From assembly GCA_000388065.2 (NCBI GenBank), contig KB932208.1: a stretch of DNA of 31,508 bases; one strand, given 5' to 3'. Source of the stretch: Fonticula alba ATCC 38817 (Eukaryota > Protista > Nucleariida). The notes beneath the pieces are model-generated. The model was given only the letters and a program-made list of their open reading frames with translations, did not search any database and was not told the DNA's origin. Below, in pieces: positions 11,648 to 23,060 of this stretch (its first letter is position 1; every line of letters starts with the position of its first letter). The position numbers were made by a program, and so were the translations under genes.

Positions 11648-13529
11648 AGAGCAGGGACCGGAGCAGCGCATGTGTCTCCCCTCCACGACTCTCTCCGCCC
11701 GTCCCCTCTCCTCCCCTCCCGCAAATAGAGAACAGGGGCGCTCGCACACGCGCGCCGATGCTCATGTGGCCGCCGAGGTGCGCGCCCTGTCCGCGTGATC
11801 ACGATCAAACTTGCCGCAGCCCATCCGCCCGCGTTTCTCCTCCCCCACAGAGTGGCAAACGCCTCGGGGCACATCCGTCATCCTCCCCCCGCCCCTTTCT
11901 CTGTCCCTCTGTTTCGTTGCCTCTCCCTCCCTCGCCGGATATTTCTCCCCTGCCTACCGCCTGGATCCCCGGAGGCTGGGCGCCAGACCTCTCTGCCTCT
12001 GGGATACGCGCGTATGGGTGCGGCGATGGGGGGGGGGGGGGGGCCCGAGTCTTGGCCGTGGCCCCATGGTTGGTCCTGAATCTCCGGGCCGGCCGAGGTG
12101 TTTACGTTCCCCAGGGCAGTGATTCCAGGCGACGTAGGGGGGGGGGGGGGGGGGGGTAGGCGCCTTGCGAATGTTAGGCACAGGCCGCTCGGGGATGCCT
12201 TATACAATGATGTTGGTGTTATAATGGTGGTGGTGGTGGCGGCGGCGGCGGCGGCGGGAGAGGCATGAGCAAGGCAGGGACGAGTCGATCTGGACCCGGG
12301 GGGCCGCCGCACCCACCATCGTTCGGGACCCTCTCGATCGGCATGCATGCCGGCGGACAGGACTTCTTTGGACCATGGGCCCGTTCGCGGGGGGAGGGGG
12401 GCCAGCGATCTAGCCTGCCGGCGGTGTGGCCGGCTCCTTGGCTCTTTTGCCTGGAGTCTGAGTTGGCCCTTCCTCGCCGCCCCCGAACGACAGAGGACTC
12501 GGGGCCCATCGGAGTGGAGCCCATCTCGCGGCCCTTTTTGGCCGGCTGGAGCGCGGCGGGCTTGACATCAGGGCAAGGCAGACAGCCCAGGCGCGGGGCC
12601 GGGGCCGGGGCCGGGGCCGGGGCCGGGGGGGGGGGCGATTTTTGACATTGCGCTCGGGCGGGGCGCGTACATGGCGCCGTGGATTTTGAATTGTCCTGGC
12701 CTTCCTCCCCCCGGGCGGCGGATCGCAACAAGCCTGATCGACCCAGGGGCCATGGCGGTCGGCGCCGGTGCTGGCGGGGGGGGGGGGGGGGCCATTGGCG
12801 CCTGCGGGCCCTTGCGCAAGTGACTAGTGCGCGCGCGTGCGCCTGCCGCGACGGGCCTAGGGCGGCCCTCGTGCAGGGGGAAGCTCCCTGGCGCGAACGT
12901 GTGGGGCGCGCACACCTCACAGATGATTCCCACCCACACCCCCAGGCGTGGGAGCCTAGGCTCCGGCCGTGGCCTCCGCCCAGCCAGGGGGGGGCTTGGG
13001 GAACGATCGACCCCGTCCGCATCCAGGGGGCCCGGTGGCCACTTTCCCCGGAAGGCCTGGGGTACGGCGGGAGCCCGCCCGCGGCCGTTCCCGCCGCCAC
13101 GCCGCGGTACACACTGGGCCCGGAGAATGCTTACGAAGTACGGGGACACGCCCGCACACGGCCACCGGGGAAGAAAAAAAGCCCCCTGCCAGCCAGCCCA
13201 AAGGGGCCACATTCCGGGGGCCCGGTCGATCTGGGCGTGGTCTTCTATTCGCCCAGACTCGGTAGCCAGGCCCCGGTCCGGCACCGCTTGGCCCGATGCC
13301 CCCCGCCCACCGGGCCGCAAGCTCCATCCCCCCCCCCCCCCCCCAGCACCCCTCCGTCTTCCTGGCCACGCCAGGGGATGATCGCTCGCACCAGGATGCC
13401 GTGCTTTCTCCGTGCGTGCCCCCTAGCGCTTAATTGTCCCTCGCCGATACCCGGGTCACGATCGGTCCCCTGCTTCGGCCCCTCCCGTGTATCCCCGTAT
13501 GCCCCGGCCCTCCCCCACACTGGCAGATC

Positions 13530-14174
13530 NNNNNNNNNNNNNNNNNNNNNNNNNNNNNNNNNNNNNNNNNNNNNNNNNNNNNNNNNNNNNNNNNNNNNNN
13601 NNNNNNNNNNNNNNNNNNNNNNNNNNNNNNNNNNNNNNNNNNNNNNNNNNNNNNNNNNNNNNNNNNNNNNNNNNNNNNNNNNNNNNNNNNNNNNNNNNNN
13701 NNNNNNNNNNNNNNNNNNNNNNNNNNNNNNNNNNNNNNNNNNNNNNNNNNNNNNNNNNNNNNNNNNNNNNNNNNNNNNNNNNNNNNNNNNNNNNNNNNNN
13801 NNNNNNNNNNNNNNNNNNNNNNNNNNNNNNNNNNNNNNNNNNNNNNNNNNNNNNNNNNNNNNNNNNNNNNNNNNNNNNNNNNNNNNNNNNNNNNNNNNNN
13901 NNNNNNNNNNNNNNNNNNNNNNNNNNNNNNNNNNNNNNNNNNNNNNNNNNNNNNNNNNNNNNNNNNNNNNNNNNNNNNNNNNNNNNNNNNNNNNNNNNNN
14001 NNNNNNNNNNNNNNNNNNNNNNNNNNNNNNNNNNNNNNNNNNNNNNNNNNNNNNNNNNNNNNNNNNNNNNNNNNNNNNNNNNNNNNNNNNNNNNNNNNNN
14101 NNNNNNNNNNNNNNNNNNNNNNNNNNNNNNNNNNNNNNNNNNNNNNNNNNNNNNNNNNNNNNNNNNNNNNNNNN
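13530..14174. other. Assembly gap (645 N), may hide the first exon of the SPX gene
   Basis: N run. The canonical SPX start (MKFGK...PEW) is not visible on either side. Confidence 0.7.
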
Positions 14175-14255
14175 CCCCCCCCCCCCAACCCGTTCGGCCG
14201 CTTACCCATGTCTTTCTTCGCCCAACACCCACCCCCTCCACATGCAGCCCCAACA

Positions 14256-17061
14256 ATGCCAGGCTCTCGTCCCGAGTCGCGATTCTCCCCAGCCCAGTAC
14301 TTCGACTACCGCGGCCTGAAGGAGATCCTGGCCAAGTTCGTCGACGGTGCGGTCGGCGAGTCGGCCCACCACGATGACGATGTCGATGACCCGGCCGTCG
14401 CGGCGGCCGACAACTACGACTCCCACGACACCGTCGACAAGTCCAAGACCCCGGTGGTTGGAGCCAGCCTCGCCACCCTGCGCCGGGCGGACCCGGCCAC
14501 TCCGGCCTCACCCGGGCCCGCGGCCGCCGGCACCGGGACCACCACCACCGGCATGGTCTCGGCCGCCGGGGCCGCCGCCTCGGCTGCCGTCACCAACGCC
14601 ACCACCTCTCCCCTCCCGGCGGACAAGCAGAATTCCCCCCCTTCCGCACGGTCGGCCTTCCCCGCCAACCACTCCCTCCAGTCCAAGCCCCTGCGCGTGG
14701 CCGTTGATCAGGCCCGGCGGACGTCCCGCGAGGACCCGTACGCCAGCAGCGCCCCCGGCACTCCGGGCGGCACCTGCTCCCTCTTCGGCGCCAGCAACGC
14801 CATCCCCCTCTCGCGGGCAACCAGCAACCCGCACATCATGGAGTCTCTCATGGGCACCGCGCTGCAGCTGGATGACGGTGTGGGCCGGGGCTCCCCGGCC
14901 GCCCCGTTCAAGCCCTTCGTCCTGCCGCCCGAGAAGAAGGAGATCGCCGACCAACTGAAGGAGGCCCTGCGCAACGAGATCAACAAGGTGTCCACCGTGT
15001 TCGACGGCTACCGCGAGGAGATCAAGAAGAAGCGCGAGCAGTGCGAGAAGGAGGTACGCGCATGGTCTCCCCCCCCCCCTCTCTCGCACCCATTGCCCCT
15101 GGGACATGGTCACTGATTCACATGCCCCCCTCCCCTCTGCTCCTTCCCCGTCTCCCCGCCAAACACAGCTCCTTCAGTTTGAGGCCAGCCTTTCTCCCAG
15201 TCTCCGCGGTGACAATAGCGCCTCCACCGACCCGCTGCATTCGTCGAGTGTCGCCTCCACCGAGTCCGACGGCACGGCCTCCTCTTCATCGCACTCCTCC
15301 TCCGGATCCATGTCCCTGCGCAACTCCTCCCAGCACTCCTTCTCCGCCCTCCTGGCGCAGACCGTGGACCCGCTGCCGGATGAGCTGGTGTCCAAGGTGA
15401 CCAGCCTGTGCGATCTGGCCGACGATCTTGTCGCCTACGCCCTGACCAATGAGCAGGCCTGCACCAAGTTCATCAAGAAGTGCGAACGCCGTGCCCCGAC
15501 CGCCGGCGTGTTGGCCTCCCTGGCCCGGTGTGTCCGCTCGGCCAGCTTCACCAGCTCCATTGCCGACATTCGCGAGGTGGCCACCTGGGCGCGGAAGGTA
15601 CGCCCTGCCTGGGATCCTTCTCCCGGCTCCCCCCTTGTCGCCCGGCCTCCTTTCTCCCCCCTGCCGGTCCGGATGATCGTCCCCCTCTCGCGCTAACATT
15701 CCCCCTTCCGCCGCTGCCCATGCAGATCGCCATCGACTCGCGGCCCAGTATCGAGGGCATGGACCCGTCCCCCTCGCACGTTTTCTCCGAGTGTGCCACC
15801 ACCATGGTTGACCCGATCGAAGTGCGCCCTCCCCCCCCCCCCTTGGTTCCCTTTCCTCTCCCTCCCTCCCCTTCCCCGCCTCTAACCAGCCCCTTCCTCC
15901 TCCCCCCCCCCCCTTCCAGAGCGTCCCCACCTTCACCACCCTCGACCTTAACTCCCTGCCGTCCGGGCGCGTGTCGCGCATGTGGATCGCCCTGGCCACC
16001 GATGGTCTGGGCTTGCCCATTCGCGTCCCGGTCATGGTGGCCAAGGGCGTCAAGCGCGGCCCGGTCCTCGGCATCACGGCCGCCCTGCACGGCAACGAGC
16101 TCAACGGCATTCCCCTCATTCACCGCCTCTTCCGGGAAATTGACTGCACCGAGCTTTCCGGCTGCCTGGTGGCCGTGTCCATCGCCAACCCTCCGGGCTT
16201 CCTGCGCCAGCAGCGTGGCTATCTCGACGGGTCGGACCTCAACCGCCTGATGCCGGGCAAGCCCACCGGCACCGCCGGCCAGCAGTACAGTTACTACCTG
16301 CTGGAGCGCATCGTCAAGAAGTTCGACTACTTGCTGGACATGCACACCGCCTCCACCGGCCGTGTCAACTCGCTCTACGTCCGCGCGAACATGATCAACC
16401 CGGTCACCGCCAAGATGGCCATCCTCCAGCACCCGCAGATCATCGTCCACAACACCGGCCCCGATGGGTCGCTTCGTGGCGCGGCTCACGCCCTCGGCAT
16501 CCACGCCATCACCGTCGAGGTGGGCGACCCTCAGCGCTTCCACCGGCGCTTCATTCACTTTGCCCACCTCGGTGTGGAGAACATCATGTGCCACTTGAAG
16601 ATGGTGCCTCGCCAGGTATGTCTCTCTCTTCTCGCCCTCGCCCTCGCCCTCGCCCTCGCCCTCGCCCTCGCCCTCGCCCTCCCCCTCCCCCTCCCCCTCC
16701 ATCTGTTCGCCCATCTCGTCGTTGTACTTGCCCTGCTAACCCGTGTACCCCCTCTTGCCAACAGTCCACCCGCCCCGAGAAGGATGCCGTCGTTTGCACC
16801 CGGTCCTTCTGGATGTTCACCCAATCCGGCGGCATCCTGACCGTCCTGCCCGAGATCAACGACTGGGTCCGGGCCGGCGATGTGGTCGCCCGCGTGTACA
16901 ATGTCTTTGGTGACCTGATCGCCCAGTACATTGCCCCGGAGAATGGCATCGTCGTCGGCAAGAGCGTCAACCCGGTGTGCAGCTCTGGCGATCGCATCCT
17001 CCACCTGGGTGTCACCTCGGAGGATGGCTTCGAGAGCCTGACCAATGACGGCCACCTGTAA
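14256..17061 (+). CDS. SPX domain fused to a succinylglutamate desuccinylase/aspartoacylase-family (AstE/AspA, peptidase M14-like) Zn hydrolase with a C-terminal barrel-sandwich hybrid domain. Exons ~14256/14293-15053, 15169-15597, 15726-15821, 15920-16615, 16765-17061; start unresolved
   Basis: SPX motifs: QYFDYRGLKEIL, ALRNEINKVSTVF, LVAYALTNEQACTKFIKKCERR. M14 motifs: GPVLGITAALHGNELNG, DLNRLMPG, DYLLDMHTAS, ITVEVGDP. Hybrid domain: WMFTQSGGIL...GDVVARVYNVFGD...APENGIVVG...GDRILHLG. Four GT-AG phase-0 introns (15054-15168, 15598-15725, 15822-15919, 16616-16764) keep one reading frame to TAA at 17059-17061. Confidence 0.88.
16631..16678. repeat. Intronic (CTCGCC)x8 microsatellite
   Basis: Read directly inside intron 16616-16764. 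Confidence 0.9.
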
Positions 17062-17959
17062 GTGTGTGCCCGGGGCTGGCAGCGTCCTTTGCCGTACGCA
17101 CGTACGCATGCGCACCCATGTATGAGCCAGCCCGTGCTCCGCTCGGCCTCCCCGTCTCCAATGCGCCCCGGCGGCTGTTTTCCTTTCCGTCTGCCTTTCG
17201 TGTTACACACAGGAGACCAGTCGGGGATGTGCGATATGGGGAGCGACACAAAGAGCCGGAGCCCGGAGAGGTCCCTGGTCGGCGCGTGCCCATCGCGCTG
17301 CTGCTATCGCTGCCTCGACAAGAATGAAAACCAATAAAAACGAAGCTTCACCATGATCGGCACGCGTTTCTTGTTTCTCCCCTCCTCCCTGTGCGTTGGA
17401 AGGTGTATCGGCGGGGCCCGGCCAGGAGATCCCTGCTGTGTGCGGCTCCGCCCTGGGGGAATATGGGGCGGCTGCCCGGAGCAGGGGCATGGGAGGAACA
17501 CAGGGACCACCACCCATCCAGCCGCCCACTCCTTCGCCGCATTTGACACCCACACGCCCCCCCTGCCCCGGTCCTCCCTTGCGCCGTTGATGATGGCCTC
17601 CACGGACAAGGACCCGCTTGCCTTGTCGTCCCCCCCGCGCCTGCCCTTCTCCTTCCTTCAGCCACCTCCAGTGTCAAGTGGCCCGACGCACGTCGAAGCA
17701 CCGAGTCCCTCGGGCTTTTTGATTCCCAATCCCGCCGCCGTCGAGGCCCTGGACATGCCCCTGTGGTGCGTGCATTTGCCCAACACCGACGCACAATGCC
17801 ACGGCCTCCATCTAACACACATGCACCTGGGTCAAAAGCCTTCTTGAGCCGCCCCTCTCGGTCCCTCCGCCGCCCGAGCCCTCCTCGACATGAGATGGAC
17901 ATCCCCGAAATAGAGAAAAAGCAAACAAGGACATCTTCATTTCACCCCCGCGAAGGACC

Positions 17960-18591
17960 TCAAATGGGAAAGGGTGGCGGCTGACCATCAACATCGAAAA
18001 CCCACGGCCCATGGAAGGCAAAAGCTTGCGGCGGCCGGGTGCTCAAGTGGCTGGAGGAGTCCTGTGCCAGGGCGTACCGGCCACGGCCGCCATGCGTCTG
18101 TGCCTTCGAGCGAGACAGCAGCGGTGTCAGGTCGGACGAGCTGCGCAGCAGAGCCCACAAAGACCCATCATCATCGCCATGGAGCCAGGCCGTCTGCTTG
18201 AGAGTCTGCCACAAGGGAAGCCCCACAATTCCGCCAACAGCCCGGTCCTCAGCGAGGACACTCTGCCGGAAGGCAATCTCGCTCGGGCAGGTGGGAAGCA
18301 CTTGGTCTTCCTCGGCTCGGTGGAGGATGGGATCGGCTGCCGGGGTCACCGACCGGTCATGGTGGTAGCTCCACGGGAAGAGGGTTTCCATGTTGTAGCT
18401 GGCCGTCATGGCGGCGGCCGTGGTCCGGTGTGCGGCGTCGCGCGACCGGGCCGCCGCCTCGCTGTCCGGCAGAGCCACATGCGGGATGGCTTCGCCACTG
18501 ATGCCGGATGCCTGGAACACGCGCATCAACGCCTCGACCGAGTCCTCCTCGGTAACTGGATGCACCAGCAGGAGCGGCGAAAGAGGGGGGA

Positions 18592-18625
<34 letters not shown>

Positions 18626-21600
18626 AGCGAGGGCATGCGTCAGGAAGAGCCATCGCAGGGTGGCCGCTGGGAGAGGTCGGGCGAAAGGACCCGAGGCATG
18701 GGGGGGCCGAGAAGCAGCTCCCCGACGTACCGGCCATGTGACTGGGAGTGAGGCGTCCTGTGAGCACAAGCATGATGGTCTGCGCCTCGAGTGTGTCCCG
18801 GTCGCGGGAATTGATGGGATTGATCGAGGGAAGCTGGTGGAGGGGGGATTCGAAGTGCACGATGGCCGGGATGGGTGGCATGAGGGCGGGTTGCTCGCGG
18901 CTTGCCTCGATGCGAGCCTCCAGGCGCATCGGCATCGGAGGTGCCGGCTGGGGCAGCCACGAGTCGGATTCCGAATCCGAGGAGCCTACCAGCAGCAAAC
19001 TCCGGAGAAGCTACACCATGCCGATTGGCAGGGGGAGAGGGGGGGGGGGGGGCGGAGGCGATCAAACCAGCATCAGTACACAATCAACGGGTCGCAGGCA
19101 GGGGGGAGGGACATGGGCCGGGAGAAGGAGGAAGAAAAAAAGAGGCGCACAGGGGAGACACATACATCGGAGTCCTCGGCCGAATCGGCCGGCAGTGAGG
19201 CAAGCAGAGCCCCCTCCGTCAGGGGCTCGAGAGGCGGCGCCGGGCCAAGCGGCTCGAATCGAGGAACGAAGTCCGCACGAGAAGAGCCCGACGTGAAGAG
19301 GTCGTCACTGGAGGAGCTACCAAGAGTCGAGCCAAAGAGGGGCCCCGCCGCCGGGGCACCCAGCAGCGAGTCCTCCTCCAGGCCGGCTGGCGAGGAGAAG
19401 AGCGGCGCCGTGCGGCCGGCCGCGTGGGGCTGCAAGCTGCTGGACGGCGAGGGCGGGTGTGAAGGGGGATGATCATCGGCACCGGCGGGCGGGGCCGCCA
19501 GGGCCGCGGCCAAAGCAGACACGGCCTCGGTCGACATGTCCGACGCCGAGCCGCCATTCCCGGAGTCCGGCACCAATAGCAATGACGCAGGAACCGGAGT
19601 GGTCACCAGGGCATCAGCCCCGGCTCCGGCCGAGGGGGTGGCCATCAGCTGCAGCGAGGCGGCCGGATCCCGCCCAGCCGGACCGCCCAGGGGAGTGGCC
19701 ATGCCGAAGAGGGGCCCATGATCCGGGTGAGATGCACGGGCCGTCGTCCGAGGCCCCCGGTCCCGAGATCCGCGAGCCGCATGGGCCGCGCGTGTCGGGA
19801 CGCCGCGAATCGGCGGCGCAGCCGATGAGGAAGTCTCCGCGATCGGCGAGAGCTCCATCGGAGCAAAGAGGACCGAAGAGGTGGAGGAAATGGGCGAAGG
19901 GTCGGTGGAGGAGGAGGAGCTCAACAGGGAGGACGATGCAGGGGAAGGATCCCCACTCAAGGGCGAGGAGAGGATGCCCCCGCTGGTGGCGTGGCTCACG
20001 CGGCGATGGAGCCGGGCCACCTCCTCCGCCTGCCAGTCCATGAGGGCCCGGCCACCGGCCGGGGGGCCACCAAGGTCAAGGGCACTGGCGCGCGCTGGAA
20101 GCGGGGTGGAAATGGCCAGCGGCCCGCCTGGGGCATAGGAAATCGACGGCGAAAAGGGGGCCGCATGCAGGCCGCCGGCATTCGGGCCGGCCTCGGCGGC
20201 CTGGGTGGGAAAGGCTCGAACCACCACCGGCGAGGGGGCCAAGGTGGCATGCACGGCCAGCACATGGCGCAGATGGCGCCGGCGCTGGTGGAAGACATTG
20301 ATCGACCGCGAAAAGGACTCCGCCTCATCGATGGCGCTTTGTGCCGCGGCACTGAGGACCGGCGGCGCGCCTTCGGCATCCCCCGGCGCCGGGACACTCC
20401 CCAGGGCCGTAGTCCGACCTCCCGCGGGGAGGAGGACAGCCGAGTCGATGGTGGTGCCGGTCGTCGAGGCGGCCACATCCCGGGCGTTGGCCGGCGCCGG
20501 GGTGGCCGGCGCGACCGGCGGCGGCGGCGGCGGCGGCGGCTTCGGCACGGAGGGCACCCGCGTTGATGCCGAGATCGCCGGGGTCTCGGCAGCATGCCCA
20601 TGCTCGGCACTCAGCAGCAGCAGCGATCCCGGGACCGGGGTCCCAGGGGTATCAAGCAACAAGCCCGAGCCACGCCGCTGCATGGGCGCCACCGGCGGCG
20701 GAGTCTGCGAGGGGAAACTCATGGCACCGCCGAAGTCCATGGAAAAGTGCCCATGATCCATGGTGCTGTTCAGGGCTCCCGACCCGAAGAGCGCATGGTA
20801 AGCAGTCGATGAGGGCTGATCCGGGCGCTGGGGAGTTGACAAGGGCGGATGATGCATGTGGCGCATGTGTGAGGGAGTTGACGACGGAAAGGCGTCATAA
20901 GTGCTGGACCGGCCCGGGGTGCTGATGAAGGACAGCCCTCCGCCAGCCGAGGGCGCGGAGTTGCCCCCGGCGCCGGTCCCACTCCCGGAAGGGGCGCCAA
21001 CCGGCGAGAAGAGCGGTCGCCCAGGGAGGAAGGTGGCCCGCGCATCGGCCACCCCCTGGGGAGAGATCATCATCGCATCTGAGGGGGTCGACGTCGAGCT
21101 CCGGCCGGCGGAGGGGCGTGTCCGAGGAGCCACACGACGCTCTTCCGATCTTTGCCCCCGGCGCCGGTCCCACTCCCGGAAGGGGCGCCAACCGGCGAGA
21201 AGAGCGGTCGCCCAGGGAGGAAGGTGGCCCGCGCATCGGCCACCCCCTGGGGAGAGATCATCATCGCATCTGAGGGGGTCGACGTCGAGCTCCGGCCGGC
21301 GGAGGGGCGTGTCCGAGGAGCCACCGGTGTGGCTGCCACATCGGCGAGGGCCGACGCGCGACGCTCGGCCGCCACCGCGTCCAGCAACGACCAGGCGCCA
21401 CTGCCACCGTTGGAGCTTCCCGGCGGAGCAGCCGGGAAGAGAGACCGGTAGACATCCGGGCCGGCGTCGGAGAGATCCGACAGCGGGGAGGACATCAAGG
21501 AGGTGGAGAGCATCAATGAATCCGGCAGCGGATAGTCCGGCGAGCTGTTGGCCAAAAGGCGCTGAATGGCGCGAAAGTCGCTGCCAGGAAGTGGGGCACG

Positions 21601-22619
21601 GGGCGGCTGCTCGGCGCCGTCCACCGGCGAAAAGAGCGGCCGTACGGGACCCCCAGCCCCGAGTGCCGCCTCCGGGGTTTCCACATCCGAGGGCGAAGAG
21701 GAAAAGGAGGCAGACGGGGGGCTTGGACGGCCGCAGATCGGAAGAGCACACGTCTGTTGGCCAAAAGGCGCTGAATGGCGCGAAAGTCGCTGCCAGGAAG
21801 TGGGGCACGGGGCGGCTGCTCGGCGCCGTCCACCGGCGAAAAGAGCGGCCGTACGGGACCCCCAGCCCCGAGTGCCGCCTCCGGGGTTTCCACATCCGAG
21901 GGCGAAGAGGAAAAGGAGGCAGACGGGGGGCTTGGACGGCCGCGTTGGCGCTGTCGCAGCGGCAGAACCGGCGGCCCGGTAGGCCGGGCACCGGCATCGG
22001 GCGTTGGTGTCCGTGCGGCCGTGGGGCTTGGCAGCGAGAGAGCCCCCGATCTCCGGCCTGAGGGTGGTGGTGGGGTTTGCAGCGGATCCGGCGAGGGGGA
22101 GGAGGAGGAGGGGCCTCGATGCGTGCCGGTACTCGCGACAAAGAGACCCTGCCCGGCATCGAGGCGTTGATCGGAGAGTTGCTGGGAAAAGCTGTCACGG
22201 TTGGATTGGATACGCGCGACTCGCTGTTGTGGACGAGCCGGAGGCCCCCCCGAGCCCGGGGCAAGGGCAGTAGGCGGAGGAGTGATGGTCGATGCGGCCG
22301 CCGGCCGGGAGGGAACCGCAAGCGACGGCGGCTCACCGTCCCGCGGCAGGAGGGTGCCCGCTCCGGAAGGAGTGGTTGCCTCGTCCAGGAGCAGATCCCC
22401 GGGAGCGAGTACCGGATCCGGGCCCTTCGGCCGGCTGCCCAGGTCGGCTTCCGGGGAGGAGTGGAGGGAGCCGGCGTCGGCCGGGACGCGTCGCCGGCGA
22501 TTGCGCCGTGCCAGCCGGGGCGGAGAAGAGGACCGCCATTCCGACGTGTGCTCCGGCGTCAGCGACGGGTCGTCAGCCAGAGACGGCGGGGGAGATGAGT
22601 GGCCGCCTGGAGGGTCCAT
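17960..22619 (-). CDS. Uncharacterised ~1309-aa Ser/Pro/Ala-rich protein. Exons 22619-19166 (minus 400 bp of artefactual duplication), 19010-18731, 18555-17960
   Basis: Three long minus-strand ORFs fuse in frame once the 209-bp and 191-bp adapter-linked duplications are removed. Introns 19011-19165 (GTATGT...GTGTAG, phase 0) and 18556-18730 (GTACGT...ATCCAG, phase 1) give a 3930-nt CDS ending in TGA at 17960-17962. No family motif recognised. Confidence 0.65.
20961..21324. other. Illumina adapter (21132-21151) between two copies of a 173-bp segment; assembly artefact
   Basis: ACACGACGCTCTTCCGATCT at 21132-21151 matches the 3' end of the Illumina Read-1 primer/adapter. 20961-21133 is repeated at 21152-21324. 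Confidence 0.95.
21545..21943. other. Illumina TruSeq adapter read-through (21735-21756) between two copies of a 190-bp segment; assembly artefact
   Basis: AGATCGGAAGAGCACACGTCTG at 21735-21756. 21545-21734 is repeated at 21754-21943. Confidence 0.95.
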
Positions 22620-22789
22620 GGCGGCGGGAGGAAAGGAGATGCACAATCAGGGCGGGATGCTTCGAAGGGGGAGAGAGAGGGAGGAGCAACGAAAGGAAGG
22701 GAGGAAGAACAAGAGGACACGGAGCGGAAAAGGGAAGGTGCGAGGGGGAAAAGGATACCGACCGGTGCGACTGAGAAACCGCAAGGGGG

Positions 22790-23060
22790 CGGCTGAAGAA
22801 GGGAAAATAGATTTTCGTAGCGGAAAAATAGACAGCAGATCGTTTTTTCATGGCAGTCAATTCACAGCTTTATACTATTGTTTGGGCAATTATATGACAG
22901 AAAAGTAGTCTATTTTTGTATTTAGGAACATCAAGTCTTGAATAATCAATAATTGTCGAAAAATAGATTGTCCACCTCATTATTATGAGTTTGCTCTCAT
23001 ATTCTTTTAAGATAACAATTCTGATGTTTGTTCTCCATTATCAGCTTGTGCTTGCCCATT
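22790..23060. promoter_or_regulatory. AT-rich island between divergently oriented genes; candidate (bidirectional) promoter
   Basis: The most AT-rich stretch of the window. It lies ~200 bp upstream of the minus-strand ATG at 22619 and ~900 bp upstream of the plus-strand ATG at 23928. Function is inferred only. Confidence 0.35.

Noticed and set aside
11650-13529. ORFs 12265-12645 (+), 12219-13112 (-) and 12679-13529 (+) between the zinc-finger and SPX genes
   Set aside because: No motifs, interrupted by G/C homopolymers, and no convincing splice framework; treated as UTR/intergenic.
19800-20030. KNL1/Spc105-like motifs (PMELS, RRVSH) in the orphan protein
   Set aside because: Only a single MELT-like hit, no RVSF/SILK, and no coiled-coil/RWD C-terminus; compatible with chance.
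20961-21943. Direct repeats with short unique spacers, resembling a CRISPR array, LTRs or target-site duplications
   Set aside because: The spacers are Illumina adapter sequence; this is an assembly artefact.
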